64,000 nt of DNA from a virus (IMGVR_UViG_3300005937_000002:17985-81984); one strand, 5' to 3'; shown: positions 45,993-57,046, counted from the stretch's first letter. Notes: generated by a model from the sequence alone, not told the origin. Numbers and translations are program-made.

Positions 45993-46325
45993 ATGGCTGC
46001 TGAGAAACTTTACCGCGGCACGCGCGTACCTGGTGCACGCGTGGCACGCGTCATGATCTACAGGGCAGGGCAGGCAGCGCAACTGCTGCCGATGCGGCTT
46101 GACCTGTTCAACCACTCACCCGCAGGGCTAGAGTGGGGCTACGGCGGCAGTGGGCCGGCCCAGCTTGCGCTTGCCCTGTTGGCTGATGCCACCGGCGACG
46201 ATAACTTGGCGGTGAAGCTGCACCAGTCATTCAAATGGGCAATCATCGCCAGCCTACACCGTGACCATGACTGGGAAATATCTGCGGACGCAATCCAAGC
46301 CTGGTGTCGCAATGTCAACAAATAA
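45993..46325 (+). CDS. DUF6166-like protein
   Basis: NHSP.G.EWGYGGSGPAQLALALL. Confidence 0.75.
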   Translation: MAAEKLYRGTRVPGARVARVMIYRAGQAAQLLPMRLDLFNHSPAGLEWGYGGSGPAQLALALLADATGDDNLAVKLHQSFKWAIIASLHRDHDWEISADAIQAWCRNVNK

Positions 46326-47814
46326 ATGGGACATGTACTATGATGAACTGCTGCGCCACTTCAAGTCTATTGGCATGACACCAATACAGGCTGAAACATT
46401 GGCGCTGCAGGAGTTGCGCGTCAGCCTGCGCAAACAAGCCGGCGGTCGCCATTCACCGTGGCACATACGTAAGACCTGGTGGAATGGCCACTATGCAGTG
46501 TGGCAACTAGATCAATGGCTGGCCACCTTCAAACACTACAGTGACGCTGTGGCGTTCACTGACAACTTGGGCCATCAACAAGAGGAGCACAGTGATGAAC
46601 AACAATGATGACTTGCTGAAGGACATTGAAAGTGCAGCACGTGCCGTACAGCGCAGCAACGGCAGCAGCATCAACCAGCAGCAATATGACTTTGCCATGC
46701 TGGGTGAAAAGATAGCTGACAGCCTGGTGCAGGCCGCCGAGGACCAAGTAGCCCAGGCCACGCAAAAATTGGAGGAGGTGCGGGCGTTTGCCGACACCCT
46801 GCGTGCGCAGATCAATGAAAAGAACAATGAACTGGCTGACATGAATAGTCGGCTAAAGTCATTTGGTGAAAGCATCCTTGATGCACATCGCAAGTTCAAT
46901 GAAACAGCCGCTGCCGTGATCACACAGGGCAAGCGGCTGCCTGAGCCACCGGCACGTTAACATCAAACAAACATGGGGCGCACATGTTCATGTTGACACA
47001 GACACTCATAGCTATAGCACTATGCTCAGCGGCATTCGTGTTGGTGGTGGCCTACCCACCAGGAAGGATCAACAAATGAACGACTGCTTTGCCTTTTGCA
47101 TAGGCCACTGCATAGGCTGTGGCCGGCCCTTCAGCTTCAACCCTGTGCGGGTGCCAAGCATCCGCATCAACGGCAACCGCGAGCCAGTATGTGAAAGCTG
47201 CGTATACAGGGTCAACCCTGTGCGCATCGCCAATGGCTTGAAACCCATTGTGCCGGCACCTGACGCGTACTTTGCCTGCATGGCGGAGGAGCTACCGTGA
47301 GCAAGTTTGACGCTATCAAAGCCCAGCGTGAAATCATTGCCGGCCTGCTGGACGTACACAAGGTGATTGTAGCACGTGCGCGCCAGGCCGAGCGTCAGCA
47401 TGTTGAAGCGGAAGCGGAGTACAACAGCCTGATCAAGCTGGACAGGTTCATTGATGACATGTTGAATGAGGCCAAGAAAAAGCTGAACGCATTGGAGAAC
47501 CAATGACCATACAATGCACTCACAAACACTATGACTATGATCTGCATGGCTACTACTGCCCCTGTGGTCAGCGCATGCAAAAGCTGGTCACGGCACAGCG
47601 TGACGTTTACTGGTGCGGTGACGTGCCAGCCACGGATGACTTTGGTGTGCAAATAGCATTTGAGTTTATTGATGGTCGCACTGCAGAAGGCGGTCACTGG
47701 GCCATCATGACACCAATCAGTTGGCAACTACATGGCTGCGGTTTATTTGGTGAAGGTTATGGCCAGGTATACGTCCGCACGCCACATGGCCAATGGATCA
47801 AGGTGAAGGGGTAA
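46312..47814 (+). other. Run of five small hypothetical CDSs (46312-46608, 46595-46960 coiled coil, 47076-47300 Cys-rich, 47297-47506, 47503-47814)
   Basis: Tightly overlapping ORFs with GGAG/AGGA RBSs. Confidence 0.6.
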
Positions 47815-47816
47815 GC

Positions 47817-49403
47817 ATGAACTGGTGGAATAAATTTGTTGGTTGGCTGCGCGCCAGGTTCAAGCCGGCACCGCGACCTACACCATCGGAACCATTTGAG
47901 TATGAATGGCCGCCGCCGCAACCGCGGCCGTCACCCGTCCCCCGACCACTGCCGCCGCCATCTGCCGCGCCTGAGCCAGCACCGCAGCCTGAGCCAGCAC
48001 CGCAGCCTGAGCCAGCACCACCATCGCCGGCACCGGAGCCACCACCCGTGCCGCCTGAGCCAGCACCGCAGCCGCCGCCGGCTGCTGAAGCACCGCCACC
48101 AGGCAGCAACAGGCGTGCGCGGCGCAAGTGGGAAAAGGAGCGGCGCAAGAAGGACAAGTTTGTGCAGCCGCATGGGCCAGCGCCAATATTCATTCCACAC
48201 AAAAGTCACAACAAACAAAAGATGCCGACGCCACCGCCGCCAGATGACTGCAGTGATGGTCGCCACATATACAGTGGTAAGGACGGCACAGGTTACATGG
48301 AGAGTGAACTGTACGGTGAGTTTGCTTTCCGTGACACCATACTGGATCAGCTTGACCGCTACTGGGTCTATTTGCAGCGCATGCGGCTGCATGATCCTGA
48401 CGCCTATGGCATGTACAGCCAGCTTGGTGCTGCGGTGGTGCCGCCGGCTGCCTGGTCATTGCAGGACGGACCACACCACCTTGATGAAAACAGGAGCAAG
48501 CCGCCACCGCAGCCACTCAAATTATCACCGTGGTGGAAGGTCCACCGGCCAACGTTTGGCTGCATCGTCTATGGCATCACGCCTTTGGTTGAAAAGTATG
48601 AAAGCGAACATCAAGACATGTGGGTGCCAAAGTTCATGTACTTCAACAAATACAACAAGCCGCCGCCGAACATACAACCCACCAGCGGCGGTGACGTGTA
48701 TGGTATGACCATTTGGTGGGACAAGCCCCATGTAAAGAAAATGACCCGCAGCAACAAAGGCGGTGTGCCCGAGGAGTACGCTGTGTTCATCAGCAAGGAT
48801 GGCACTGACGTACACGCCTTGCCAATGTGCAAGGTTGAAATGGTGCCTATCCCTGAAAAATGGAATGGCCTGGTGCACTTCAACATACCGCAAAAGGCCT
48901 GGCGCATCCCCAAACAATTCATAGCTTGGGCCAAGTTCAACAACATGGAGCCTGACCAATTCCTGACTGACATATTTATTGATGCCGCCAACCATGTTGA
49001 ACAAGCCAATTATTCAATGACGCGCATTGCTGTGAGCAAGGGCAATATGACCGCGGTGTTCGGCGTTGACCCGCGGCGCATGGCCTATTTCTTTCAAGAC
49101 CGTGACGTAACCTTGACGGTCAACGGCAGCAGGCAACGCGTCTTTCACATGGTGCGCGCCCATGTAAGGAAAACCGGCAAAGCGGTGAAGTTTCACTTCC
49201 GCGGCTTGCGGGAATTTGAATGGGCCGGCTATCACGTCAAGATCACAGTGCCAGGGCGTGACCACTTCATGCTGCCTGAAATAGACATAGGCTGTGATGA
49301 CAGCTATTGGCTGGACAAAAAAGACAAAGACAACATGACCCAACCGCAGCTTGGCAAGCTGCTGAACAAAATGATGGCCGCCGGCCGTGGAGGGCACAAA
49401 TGA
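47817..49403 (+). CDS. Hypothetical protein with Pro-rich N-terminus
   Basis: PEPAPQ repeats; globular C-terminal half ending FH.VRAH.RK. Confidence 0.7.
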   Translation: MNWWNKFVGWLRARFKPAPRPTPSEPFEYEWPPPQPRPSPVPRPLPPPSAAPEPAPQPEPAPQPEPAPPSPAPEPPPVPPEPAPQPPPAAEAPPPGSNRRARRKWEKERRKKDKFVQPHGPAPIFIPHKSHNKQKMPTPPPPDDCSDGRHIYSGKDGTGYMESELYGEFAFRDTILDQLDRYWVYLQRMRLHDPDAYGMYSQLGAAVVPPAAWSLQDGPHHLDENRSKPPPQPLKLSPWWKVHRPTFGCIVYGITPLVEKYESEHQDMWVPKFMYFNKYNKPPPNIQPTSGGDVYGMTIWWDKPHVKKMTRSNKGGVPEEYAVFISKDGTDVHALPMCKVEMVPIPEKWNGLVHFNIPQKAWRIPKQFIAWAKFNNMEPDQFLTDIFIDAANHVEQANYSMTRIAVSKGNMTAVFGVDPRRMAYFFQDRDVTLTVNGSRQRVFHMVRAHVRKTGKAVKFHFRGLREFEWAGYHVKITVPGRDHFMLPEIDIGCDDSYWLDKKDKDNMTQPQLGKLLNKMMAAGRGGHK

Positions 49404-51034
49404 AAAACTCAACCATAGAAATCATCAAGACAATTGAAGCCAGTGCTGACCGTATGGTTGAAAGCAATGCCGCCATCGCGCGCGCTTTGGATGAACTGGC
49501 TACGGCGGTTGCCAGCATAGCAGGTTCATTTGCAAGCATTGCTGATGCGTTCAACGATAATAAGGAACGTGAACGTGAACGTGAAAAAAACAAAGGCGAC
49601 AATAGCTAATGTTCGGTGACAAGCAAATAGTGCTAGCCAAGCTGCATGCACTGGCGCAGCAACAAACAAACACGTTGCGCAAGCTGGACGAGCAACTGGT
49701 GCCGTTCTGGGCTGACTATCGCCGCATCAAAGCGGCCATCACAGCCAGCCATATTTGTGACCATGACCAGCCGCAATGCGTGCAGCGCTATAACGGCAGT
49801 GACACTGCCCGCGCCCAGCGCAGGCAATTATTTGCTCAGCTAGATGCACTGGCTGACAAGTATGGTGCCACCCGCAACCAGCAACGTAGCGCCAAACGTG
49901 AATTGGAAATCACCATCATGGAAATCAAACGGCTGACAAGGACCAAATCATGACCGAGGATTTCAATACCAGGCGGCTGACGCAACGCGTACAGGAATTA
50001 AAGCGCAAGTACGCCAATGACAAGGCCACCTACTTTGCTGAACTAAGCAAGGTGCTGATAGCCACTGCACGCAATGACGATGATCGCAAAATGTGGGAGG
50101 CAATGCTCAAACAAACAAAACAGTTCAGACGCCTTGGCCTGTGGGAGTGAGCAAATGATTTGTTGTTCAGCATGCGGAGGGGTCAGGTTTCTCAGGCGCG
50201 GGTCACTATGGCACCCGCTGCCAATATGCAAACCGTGCTTCATTGTTTGGTATGAAGGCGGCGATATTGATCAAACTTCAAGTGAGGCGGTGGGCAAAAG
50301 AAGTTTAGAATTGCAAAGGGACAGAAAATATCCATGGACGGGTGAGTATGACCCTAACACACCCATATGGACGTCTTGTTTGGTATAGGGAGTGAACAAA
50401 CAATGCAAGACCTGGTAGCCACCTATGAACTGCAGTTTGTCATCGGCAGTGACGGCATCGTGCGCGTCAACGTGGATGACGTTTGCGTGCTGCGCGTGCG
50501 CTGCAGCGTTGATGACATACGCCTGATAGGCCTGGCCTGTTACCCTGACCGCTTGGGTGACACTGATACGTTCCAAATGCTGAAAGTGCCAACCCATGAC
50601 TGAGTGGTTGGAGTGCCCCTGCTGCAAAGGGCAGGGCTACCTTAGAATATATGATCCGGAATGGCCGGATGCTGCACCAATATTCATAACGCCATGCTGC
50701 CACTGTGCCGGCACTGGCAAGATCAGCAATGACGGCCGTGGCCCGGAAACCAGAGAGGAACAAACAAATGATAAAGCCAATTGACGTTGCCACCTACAAC
50801 ATACAGTTTCACGGCAACCCGGCCTTTCATCAAAACGTAGCCTGGTATGCCACCACTGATGACCGCATTGTAGGCGTGGTGGTGCGTGACCTGGTGGACA
50901 ATGACTACAGTTGGGTGAAGCTAATACAAGACGCGGACGGTAACTACACCGTGGCTGACCTGGACGCTTCACTTGACACCGTGGAGCAAGCCACCGCTGA
51001 ACTACACAAGGCCATGGAGCAATCAAATGGTTGA
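49400..51034 (+). other. Run of seven small hypothetical CDSs (49400-49609, 49609-49953, 49950-50150, 50155-50388, 50367-50603, 50596-50784 with CxxCxGxG, 50768-51034)
   Basis: Consecutive ORFs with start/stop overlaps. Confidence 0.55.
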
Positions 51035-51632
51035 TTATACGACAAGTGAATGTGCCTGGTTTGCCTTAGAATATTTGATAGGACACACGCAGAAAAATCT
51101 TGGCAAAGATTTTGGTTACACCAATGGCAGCACAATCAATTTGTGTATTGCCGCATTTTGTTATGATATACTGAAAATTGATACATTACCAAGTCATCCA
51201 GTTAAACGCAAAAGGGTAATTGTTGATGCGCTACGCAAATATGACGGTACATTTGAGCAACCCACTAAGCGTGCTGAATATAAAACACGTATTGAATATA
51301 AACAAAATGAACATGATAATCGCAACAGACAAATATTTAAAAAGTATTTTGAAGGTTTTACATACAAACAATTAGGAAAAGAATTCAACCTTTCACCATC
51401 CCGTATCAGTAATATTATTTGGCGTGCTCAACCTGATTTAAAACTCATCAACAAACTTCCAATGAATGAATATTTTGAAAAATACGGTGAAAGACGTGAA
51501 AATTTGATTTCACCGTTATTGGAAAAACGCAAATTGATCATGCAACAAAGGCGTATGGGGATGAAAAAATGAAACCGTTCACCGTGGAGCAAGCCACCGC
51601 TGAACTACACAAGGCCATGGAGCAATCAAATG
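50977..51632 (+). repeat. 53-bp perfect direct repeat (50977-51029 and 51580-51632)
   Basis: caccgtggagcaagccaccgctgaactacacaaggccatggagcaatcaaatg occurs twice. Confidence 0.9.
51027..51572 (+). CDS. Low-GC protein with sigma70 region-4-like HTH
   Basis: RNRQIF..YF.GFTYKQLGKEFNLSPSRISNII. Confidence 0.7.
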   Translation: MVDYTTSECAWFALEYLIGHTQKNLGKDFGYTNGSTINLCIAAFCYDILKIDTLPSHPVKRKRVIVDALRKYDGTFEQPTKRAEYKTRIEYKQNEHDNRNRQIFKKYFEGFTYKQLGKEFNLSPSRISNIIWRAQPDLKLINKLPMNEYFEKYGERRENLISPLLEKRKLIMQQRRMGMKK

Positions 51633-51887
51633 ACTGATCCAAGACTTAAAAATGTAGGCAGCAAACGTGACCGCATACGCGACATGCAAATATTTAATAC
51701 ATATTTTGGAGATAGTTTAGCGACGTTCAAACAAGTTGGAAAAAAGTTTGACCTTTCAACGGAACGCATCCGTCAAATTATTAAGCGTATACATCGTGAA
51801 CAATGTATTAGTAGCAACATTCCAATGAAAGAATGGAATAACAAATATTATAATTTGATCAAACAACGCCCACTGGTGAAGCTATGA
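51630..51887 (+). CDS. Low-GC sigma70 region-4-like HTH protein
   Basis: RDMQIF..YFG...TFKQVGKKFDLSTERIRQI. Confidence 0.7.
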   Translation: MTDPRLKNVGSKRDRIRDMQIFNTYFGDSLATFKQVGKKFDLSTERIRQIIKRIHREQCISSNIPMKEWNNKYYNLIKQRPLVKL

Positions 51888-52300
51888 AAGCAGCCATTGC
51901 AGCGTTTGCCGTGATCGGCATTGGCGTGGGTGCAGTCAGCGCCCTATGGCCAGCCGCACCGCCATCCAAGCCAGCACCGCCACCGCGAACAGCGCAGTGG
52001 CCACCGGAGCCACCGGCGATGACGCCCAAGGCAGTGCGGGTGATACCCATCGCGCCTTCACCGCTGGCCGCCGTGCCGCCGCCACCGCTGCCGCCTGACT
52101 TGCCACCAGCCTTGCCACCTACAGGGCGGGAGCTCGTAGCGGACCCGGTGTCACCCGTCCCACCGCCTGCAGCCAAGCGTGAGCGCAACCGCGGCGCACG
52201 CAGTGAAGTGCGTGACGGTGGTGGTGGCGATGACATATGCGCACGCCATGGCCGCCGCAAAGTCTACACCAACAAATACAGTTGGCGGTGCCGGCGATGA
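51884..52300 (+). CDS. Pro-rich membrane-anchored / exported protein
   Basis: Hydrophobic N-terminus, Pro-rich linker, C-terminal C..HGRRK..W.C. Confidence 0.6.
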   Translation: MKAAIAAFAVIGIGVGAVSALWPAAPPSKPAPPPRTAQWPPEPPAMTPKAVRVIPIAPSPLAAVPPPPLPPDLPPALPPTGRELVADPVSPVPPPAAKRERNRGARSEVRDGGGGDDICARHGRRKVYTNKYSWRCRR

Positions 52301-52408
52301 CTTACAAATATGATCGCACTGATTGGATGCTGCTGATTGGCATGGTAGCGGCCATGGTGTTCATCTTAGCGTTAACGGCACTGCATTGACAAAGCAACCA
52401 AGCACTGG

Positions 52409-52437
52409 TTGCTTTTGGTTTTGTATTTCAATATAAT
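52409..52437 (+). promoter_or_regulatory. Sigma70-type promoter
   Basis: TTGCTT-17 bp-TATAAT. Confidence 0.75.
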
Positions 52438-52563
52438 GTGCTGTTTGGTTTTGACGTTCATGAAAGATCATGCGTCAACCAAACTTATTGGCACGGCAAA
52501 TCACTTTTGATGGAAACAAACACAAGTGATCGTTTGCCGGCCTACACACAAGGAGGACTTGTA

Positions 52564-52935
52564 ATGAGTACTGCTAACATGATCAGGGCGTTGAACCTGA
52601 TTGAAAAGATGGCAGTAAGCACTGAAACGTCAATGGACAAAGTTGCTAAAATACTCAGGCTGCAATTCAGCAATGAAGCTGAGGAGGCAGCCGAGCGGCG
52701 GTCGTCACCCGCTGAAAAGGACATCATTGAAGCCAAGGTGCAGGAATTGTTTGGTAAAAATCCTGACTACTTCAATGAAGTCACGCCCAAGGAAATTGCC
52801 AGGGAAATTGGCGTGCGCGTCAACCAGGGCAACCGCAGCCGCATCCGGCACAAGGTCAAGCAGCTATTGCTGACCCATCAGCCGGCGGCCAAGCCGGCCA
52901 ACAGCAAAAAGCCAACGGCAGTACCAGCCGCGTAA
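52564..52935 (+). CDS. HTH-containing protein
   Basis: AGGAGG RBS; TPKEIAREIGV. Confidence 0.6.
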   Translation: MSTANMIRALNLIEKMAVSTETSMDKVAKILRLQFSNEAEEAAERRSSPAEKDIIEAKVQELFGKNPDYFNEVTPKEIAREIGVRVNQGNRSRIRHKVKQLLLTHQPAAKPANSKKPTAVPAA

Positions 52936-52989
52936 CAACAACAGGTGGCGGTGGGCCGGCATGTGCCGGCCCACTTCATTCACTTAACA

Positions 52990-53793
52990 ATGGGAAACAT
53001 GCCAATGACCACGCCAAGCCCGGAAAGACTGAAAGTGTTGTGGGAAAAAGGCCGCAATTACTTCACAACGTTCTTTATTGAACTTGAACAAGTACGCAAT
53101 GCATTTGGCAATGACGGAGAGTTTGGCTCCTGGTGCATACATGACCTGCATATAGGTCCGGATGCATTGGTCACAGTGTCAAAGGTACTTAGAAAATCTG
53201 AAGCTGAACGTGTCCGCAGTGACATGTCATTGGAACGTGATAAAGCCCGCGCCCAGCGCAGGGCCAAAAAAGAGGAAGAGCGCAGGCTGCGTGCTGAGGA
53301 GGCGGCCAGGCGTGCATTGGCCAAGGCTCAAAAGAAGGAGCTCGCCAAACGCAAAAACAAACAAAAGTCCAATGCGCTGTACCGCAAGCGCAAAAAGGAA
53401 GAGCAACTAAGGTTGTATGCCACCGCGGTCAAAGATGATAAATCACTAATTGATGTTAAACAACTAACACGCCTGCCAGATGACGTGTTGGCCAACAGTA
53501 TCAAAGAAACTCAAACCATGGATCTGACACTCAAGGAAAATTGGATCAACAACAAAATTAAACAAGCTGCATATATCACGGCTGCCAGGGTCAAATACTC
53601 GGCTGATCGTCAATTTGGTGAATGGCTACAGCAGCACGACATTCACTTCAACCGGAATGAATTGGCCGCATTGACCAGCCTTGGATCAAATCTGACACAC
53701 ATGCGACAAGTGCTAGAGACAACAACACGCAACTCACTGCAATATATCTGGCGAGATGTTTGCAATGGCAAGCATTTACTACCAGCCGCTTAA
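52990..53793 (+). CDS. Hypothetical coiled-coil protein
   Basis: Two F/EFG.W motifs flanking a charged helix; lower GC. Confidence 0.6.
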   Translation: MGNMPMTTPSPERLKVLWEKGRNYFTTFFIELEQVRNAFGNDGEFGSWCIHDLHIGPDALVTVSKVLRKSEAERVRSDMSLERDKARAQRRAKKEEERRLRAEEAARRALAKAQKKELAKRKNKQKSNALYRKRKKEEQLRLYATAVKDDKSLIDVKQLTRLPDDVLANSIKETQTMDLTLKENWINNKIKQAAYITAARVKYSADRQFGEWLQQHDIHFNRNELAALTSLGSNLTHMRQVLETTTRNSLQYIWRDVCNGKHLLPAA

Positions 53794-53882
53794 ATTATCA
53801 TGCTGACACAACTGGTTATGCGCGGTGTACTTACGTAAGTACACTGAAAATTTAGTGAAACTAACTAAAGGAGATCTACACC

Positions 53883-54335
53883 ATGACAAAACAACGTAGT
53901 AAGGATGCTGAACTAAATAAACTATTAAAGACCATAGAACGTTCTTGTTACTCGCCAAAAGCCATAGCGCAACGTGAGGCATATTCTAAACTTTCTATTA
54001 ATGATGATTTCAAACTTACCGATGCCGTAATAATCAGTGGCTTCAAATCATTACAAAAGGAGGAAAAAACAATCTACATGAACTACGTTGATAACAAAAT
54101 TGACAAAGCTAAAATGATTATAGACTGTCGGCTCAAACAATATACTGATGATAAAATAACAGAGCTTTTAAAATCTGTAATAGAAAAATATGGAGACAAA
54201 TTCATCAAACAAAACATAGACGCATTGCTGATAATGAGCAAGGATATTGAACGGATGCGCAAAGCATACATGGCGGCAAATGACCCGCGGCTATCCGACC
54301 ATGACGTTTACACCAAATATTATTTGCTGCACTGA
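53883..54335 (+). CDS. Low-GC hypothetical protein
   Basis: AAGGAG RBS; AT-rich. Confidence 0.6.
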   Translation: MTKQRSKDAELNKLLKTIERSCYSPKAIAQREAYSKLSINDDFKLTDAVIISGFKSLQKEEKTIYMNYVDNKIDKAKMIIDCRLKQYTDDKITELLKSVIEKYGDKFIKQNIDALLIMSKDIERMRKAYMAANDPRLSDHDVYTKYYLLH

Positions 54336-54592
54336 AACCAAGGATGGCCAGCATCAAGCGCAAGCTGAAGCTGGCTTGATCATTGCCGGCGGTCACCCGC
54401 CGGCCAACCTTCAACAACAAACAAACAAGCGTTGGAATATTTTGTGATCAGAATTGCATTATTTGTTGAATGCAACTCTTGCATTGATGAAGAGTCTATA
54501 TCATATAGAGTGCATGAAAACGCTCATGCACATCTACCTGCACCTGCTGGCCCTTGAACCCGAAGATGCCCACCACATCATCGGGCACGTTG

Positions 54593-56182
54593 TCAGGCTG
54601 TTCCTGTAACAACCGGCTGACCGTTAACTACAACAACAACATCACCAGTGGTCGTGATGTTGACCGTGGCAACCTCCGGCTCAGGCTCAGGCTCCGGCGC
54701 AGGCGGCACCACACCCAGCACAATGGCGGCTACCTTTTGCAGCAAGTCATCCGCCTGCTGCGTCAAGGTGACTTCCTTGCGATTGATTGGTCCCCAGTGC
54801 TTGCGCAGCACGCGCAAACCTACAGCGGTGGTGAAGGCGGCAAACGCGGGTGCATACTTGGCCAGCCACTGATAAGCCGCACCCTGGCCGCTGCCGTAGT
54901 TCTGCAGATCGTTTGTGCTGGGTGACGGCACCGCTTCATCAAACTCATCGTTGAAACCGTTCGGGTCAGCCCAGTAGTTGTCAAACAGCTTGACCATTTC
55001 CGGTGAACTGCTTTTGACGTTCCAGCTTGTTTGAAACAAACCGGCCTCCGCCGTTTCAGCAGTAACGTTGCTGGCGGTGGTGTCCCGCCCTGCCCAGTGA
55101 TCACCGCTGCTCTCACGCATGCCCAGGCCGATCAGCAATGCAAACAGGGTGCGCAAAGTTTCCAAACCGGAAGTATCAGTGCGCCAGCCCAAGGCGGCGA
55201 GCTCCGGTGCGTACCAGGTCAGCGCATCCTTGTCGGCGTCTGGGCCAGCCGCCTGCGCCATCGCCAGTGCAGCGCTGCTGCCGGCCTGGTGCGCCTGCAC
55301 CGCCAGGCCAAACGCCAGCGCCATCCCCTGCGTATAGCCAATGGGTGCACGGCCGCGGTCAGGCCAGGTGAAGCTAGCCAGAGGATGGCTGTTCACCAGG
55401 TCAAGCACCTGGTCAGCCAAGGATGCCGGCAAACGGTCGCTGCCGGCCTTTACGCGGGCCTGTAGTGCGTCTATCTGCGCCCAGGTGGCCTGCCCTACCA
55501 CGCCATCCACAACCAACCCTGTGGCCGCCTGGTAGCCTTTGACGGCCGCATTGGTCACAGGGCCAAAGTCACCGTCCGTCGGGATGCCCAGCACCACCTG
55601 TAGCAGGGCCACGTCAGCGCCAGTCATCCCCTGACTGAGCGTGCGCCTGGCAGCCGGCGGCTGCGGCTGCGGTGTTGGCGGCACCGGCACTGGGCCGGCC
55701 GCCTTGGGCCACATCAGCGCCACAACGCTGCTGATCGGGTAACTGGATTTGTTGATTGCATCTGACTGATTGCCGCCGCAACAAATATAGTTGTTGCCGC
55801 TGGTGCTTTCATAAAACGTCACATGGCCGCCGCCACTGCGCGTGAGCACGACCACGCAGCCAAGCTGCGGCTTGGTCAGCCGCGTGCCCCATTCAAGGTC
55901 ATCGCCCCAGCACCTGGCCCACAGCCAGCGGTCAGTGTCCGGTGCCGGCGGTGGTTGGTACGGCGGCCGGATGCCGGCCATCGTCATGCAGTACGCAGCA
56001 GCAAGGCCACACCACGGTGTGGCGTCGTGTTTGTAGCTGGCGCAATAAGCGGCCATGTCATCGTACGTTTCCGCAATGGTGTCACGCATGGCCATTATTT
56101 TAGGGTTGTCCGCGGCACCAGGAGTTTCCACGATGCCGATGCATGCGCGCATTGTTTGCAGCCAGGGCGGTGTTTCACTCAT
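54593..56182 (-). CDS. Modular endolysin
   Basis: N-terminal NlpC/P60-like (PWCG..GGGHV.F..GGNQS), PG-binding domain (DG.FGP.T..AVK.YQ...GL.VDGVVG..TW), C-terminal RESSG..GLFQ domain. Confidence 0.85.
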   Translation of the reverse strand: MSETPPWLQTMRACIGIVETPGAADNPKIMAMRDTIAETYDDMAAYCASYKHDATPWCGLAAAYCMTMAGIRPPYQPPPAPDTDRWLWARCWGDDLEWGTRLTKPQLGCVVVLTRSGGGHVTFYESTSGNNYICCGGNQSDAINKSSYPISSVVALMWPKAAGPVPVPPTPQPQPPAARRTLSQGMTGADVALLQVVLGIPTDGDFGPVTNAAVKGYQAATGLVVDGVVGQATWAQIDALQARVKAGSDRLPASLADQVLDLVNSHPLASFTWPDRGRAPIGYTQGMALAFGLAVQAHQAGSSAALAMAQAAGPDADKDALTWYAPELAALGWRTDTSGLETLRTLFALLIGLGMRESSGDHWAGRDTTASNVTAETAEAGLFQTSWNVKSSSPEMVKLFDNYWADPNGFNDEFDEAVPSPSTNDLQNYGSGQGAAYQWLAKYAPAFAAFTTAVGLRVLRKHWGPINRKEVTLTQQADDLLQKVAAIVLGVVPPAPEPEPEPEVATVNITTTGDVVVVVNGQPVVTGTA

Positions 56183-56375
56183 GTTGAAATACTTCTTCCA
56201 ATGCGGCCAACGCCTGCTGATGGGCGGCAATGGCCTTGCGCGCACCGGCAAGGGCGCGCTCCGGTTGGTTGGTGGGGTCTTTCATCATGACGGCAAACAA
56301 TGTTTGCACGTGCGCCTGCAGCGCCGCGTCCAGCGCCTGGCGCAAAACCACTTTCAAATGCTCATCATCATTCAT
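56175..56375 (-). CDS. Small hypothetical protein
   Basis: 66 aa with overlaps. Confidence 0.55.
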   Translation of the reverse strand: MNDDEHLKVVLRQALDAALQAHVQTLFAVMMKDPTNQPERALAGARKAIAAHQQALAALEEVFQHE

Positions 56376-56587
56376 TCATACACGGTCCAATCAGTAGCTA
56401 ACATGTCCTCATGGGTTGGCACCCATGGGACGCAATCATACTCACCCTGCCGCTGGTAGATGTAGGCTTGCGTCATTTTGGAATGTTCATCAGGCTTCTG
56501 CAGGCCGAGCACAACGTCACGCGCCCAAGCGGCACGGCAAACCAGGTCACCGCCGATCATACAGTGCAACGCTCCGCCAAAGTCCAT
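56372..56587 (-). CDS. DUF2829 / Tad2-like protein
   Basis: MDFG.AL.....G..V.R..W ... VPW.PT..D.LA.DW. Confidence 0.8.
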   Translation of the reverse strand: MDFGGALHCMIGGDLVCRAAWARDVVLGLQKPDEHSKMTQAYIYQRQGEYDCVPWVPTHEDMLATDWTVYE

Positions 56588-56588
56588 T

Positions 56589-56807
56589 TTATTTGCTCAT
56601 GCATGTTTCGAGTAATTTATAGGTGCTGGTGAACTGGGCGCTGATAGCGTCCTGCCTGTGGATGCTGCTGTACAGCACCGCCATCATAATTAGGAATTGC
56701 AGCACCACCAGCGCCAGCATCAGCGGCTGCTGTTTCAGTCCATTCACAATGTCATGCGCCGCACGGCCAGCCACCTGTACCGTGCTTTGCGGCAGTTGCT
56801 CATTCAT
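56589..56807 (-). CDS. Single-TM protein, holin candidate
   Basis: One hydrophobic helix; located in the lysis cluster. Confidence 0.5.
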   Translation of the reverse strand: MNEQLPQSTVQVAGRAAHDIVNGLKQQPLMLALVVLQFLIMMAVLYSSIHRQDAISAQFTSTYKLLETCMSK

Positions 56808-56878
56808 GGCTTACGGAACCTATCATTGCCATGCACGTTGGTATGCGCGCCAAACCGGCGCTTTGGAGTTTAACCCTC

Positions 56879-57046
56879 ATGGACACTCAGCAATTGAAAG
56901 CCGACCTGGACAAGATTGCCCAGGCGGCAAGAAGCAACCCAGAGCAAGTGCAGCAATTGATCAATGAAGCCAAACAGAAAGTGGATCAGCTACAGGGTGG
57001 CGATGCCCAGCATCAACAAGGCGGCCAACAGCAACGTCAACGCTGA
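56879..57046 (+). CDS. Small Gln-rich protein on the opposite strand
   Basis: GGAG RBS; own terminator downstream. Confidence 0.55.
   Translation: MDTQQLKADLDKIAQAARSNPEQVQQLINEAKQKVDQLQGGDAQHQQGGQQQRQR

Noticed and set aside
46989-47030. TTGACA promoter upstream of 47076
   Set aside because: No -10 hexamer at a convincing 16-18 bp spacing
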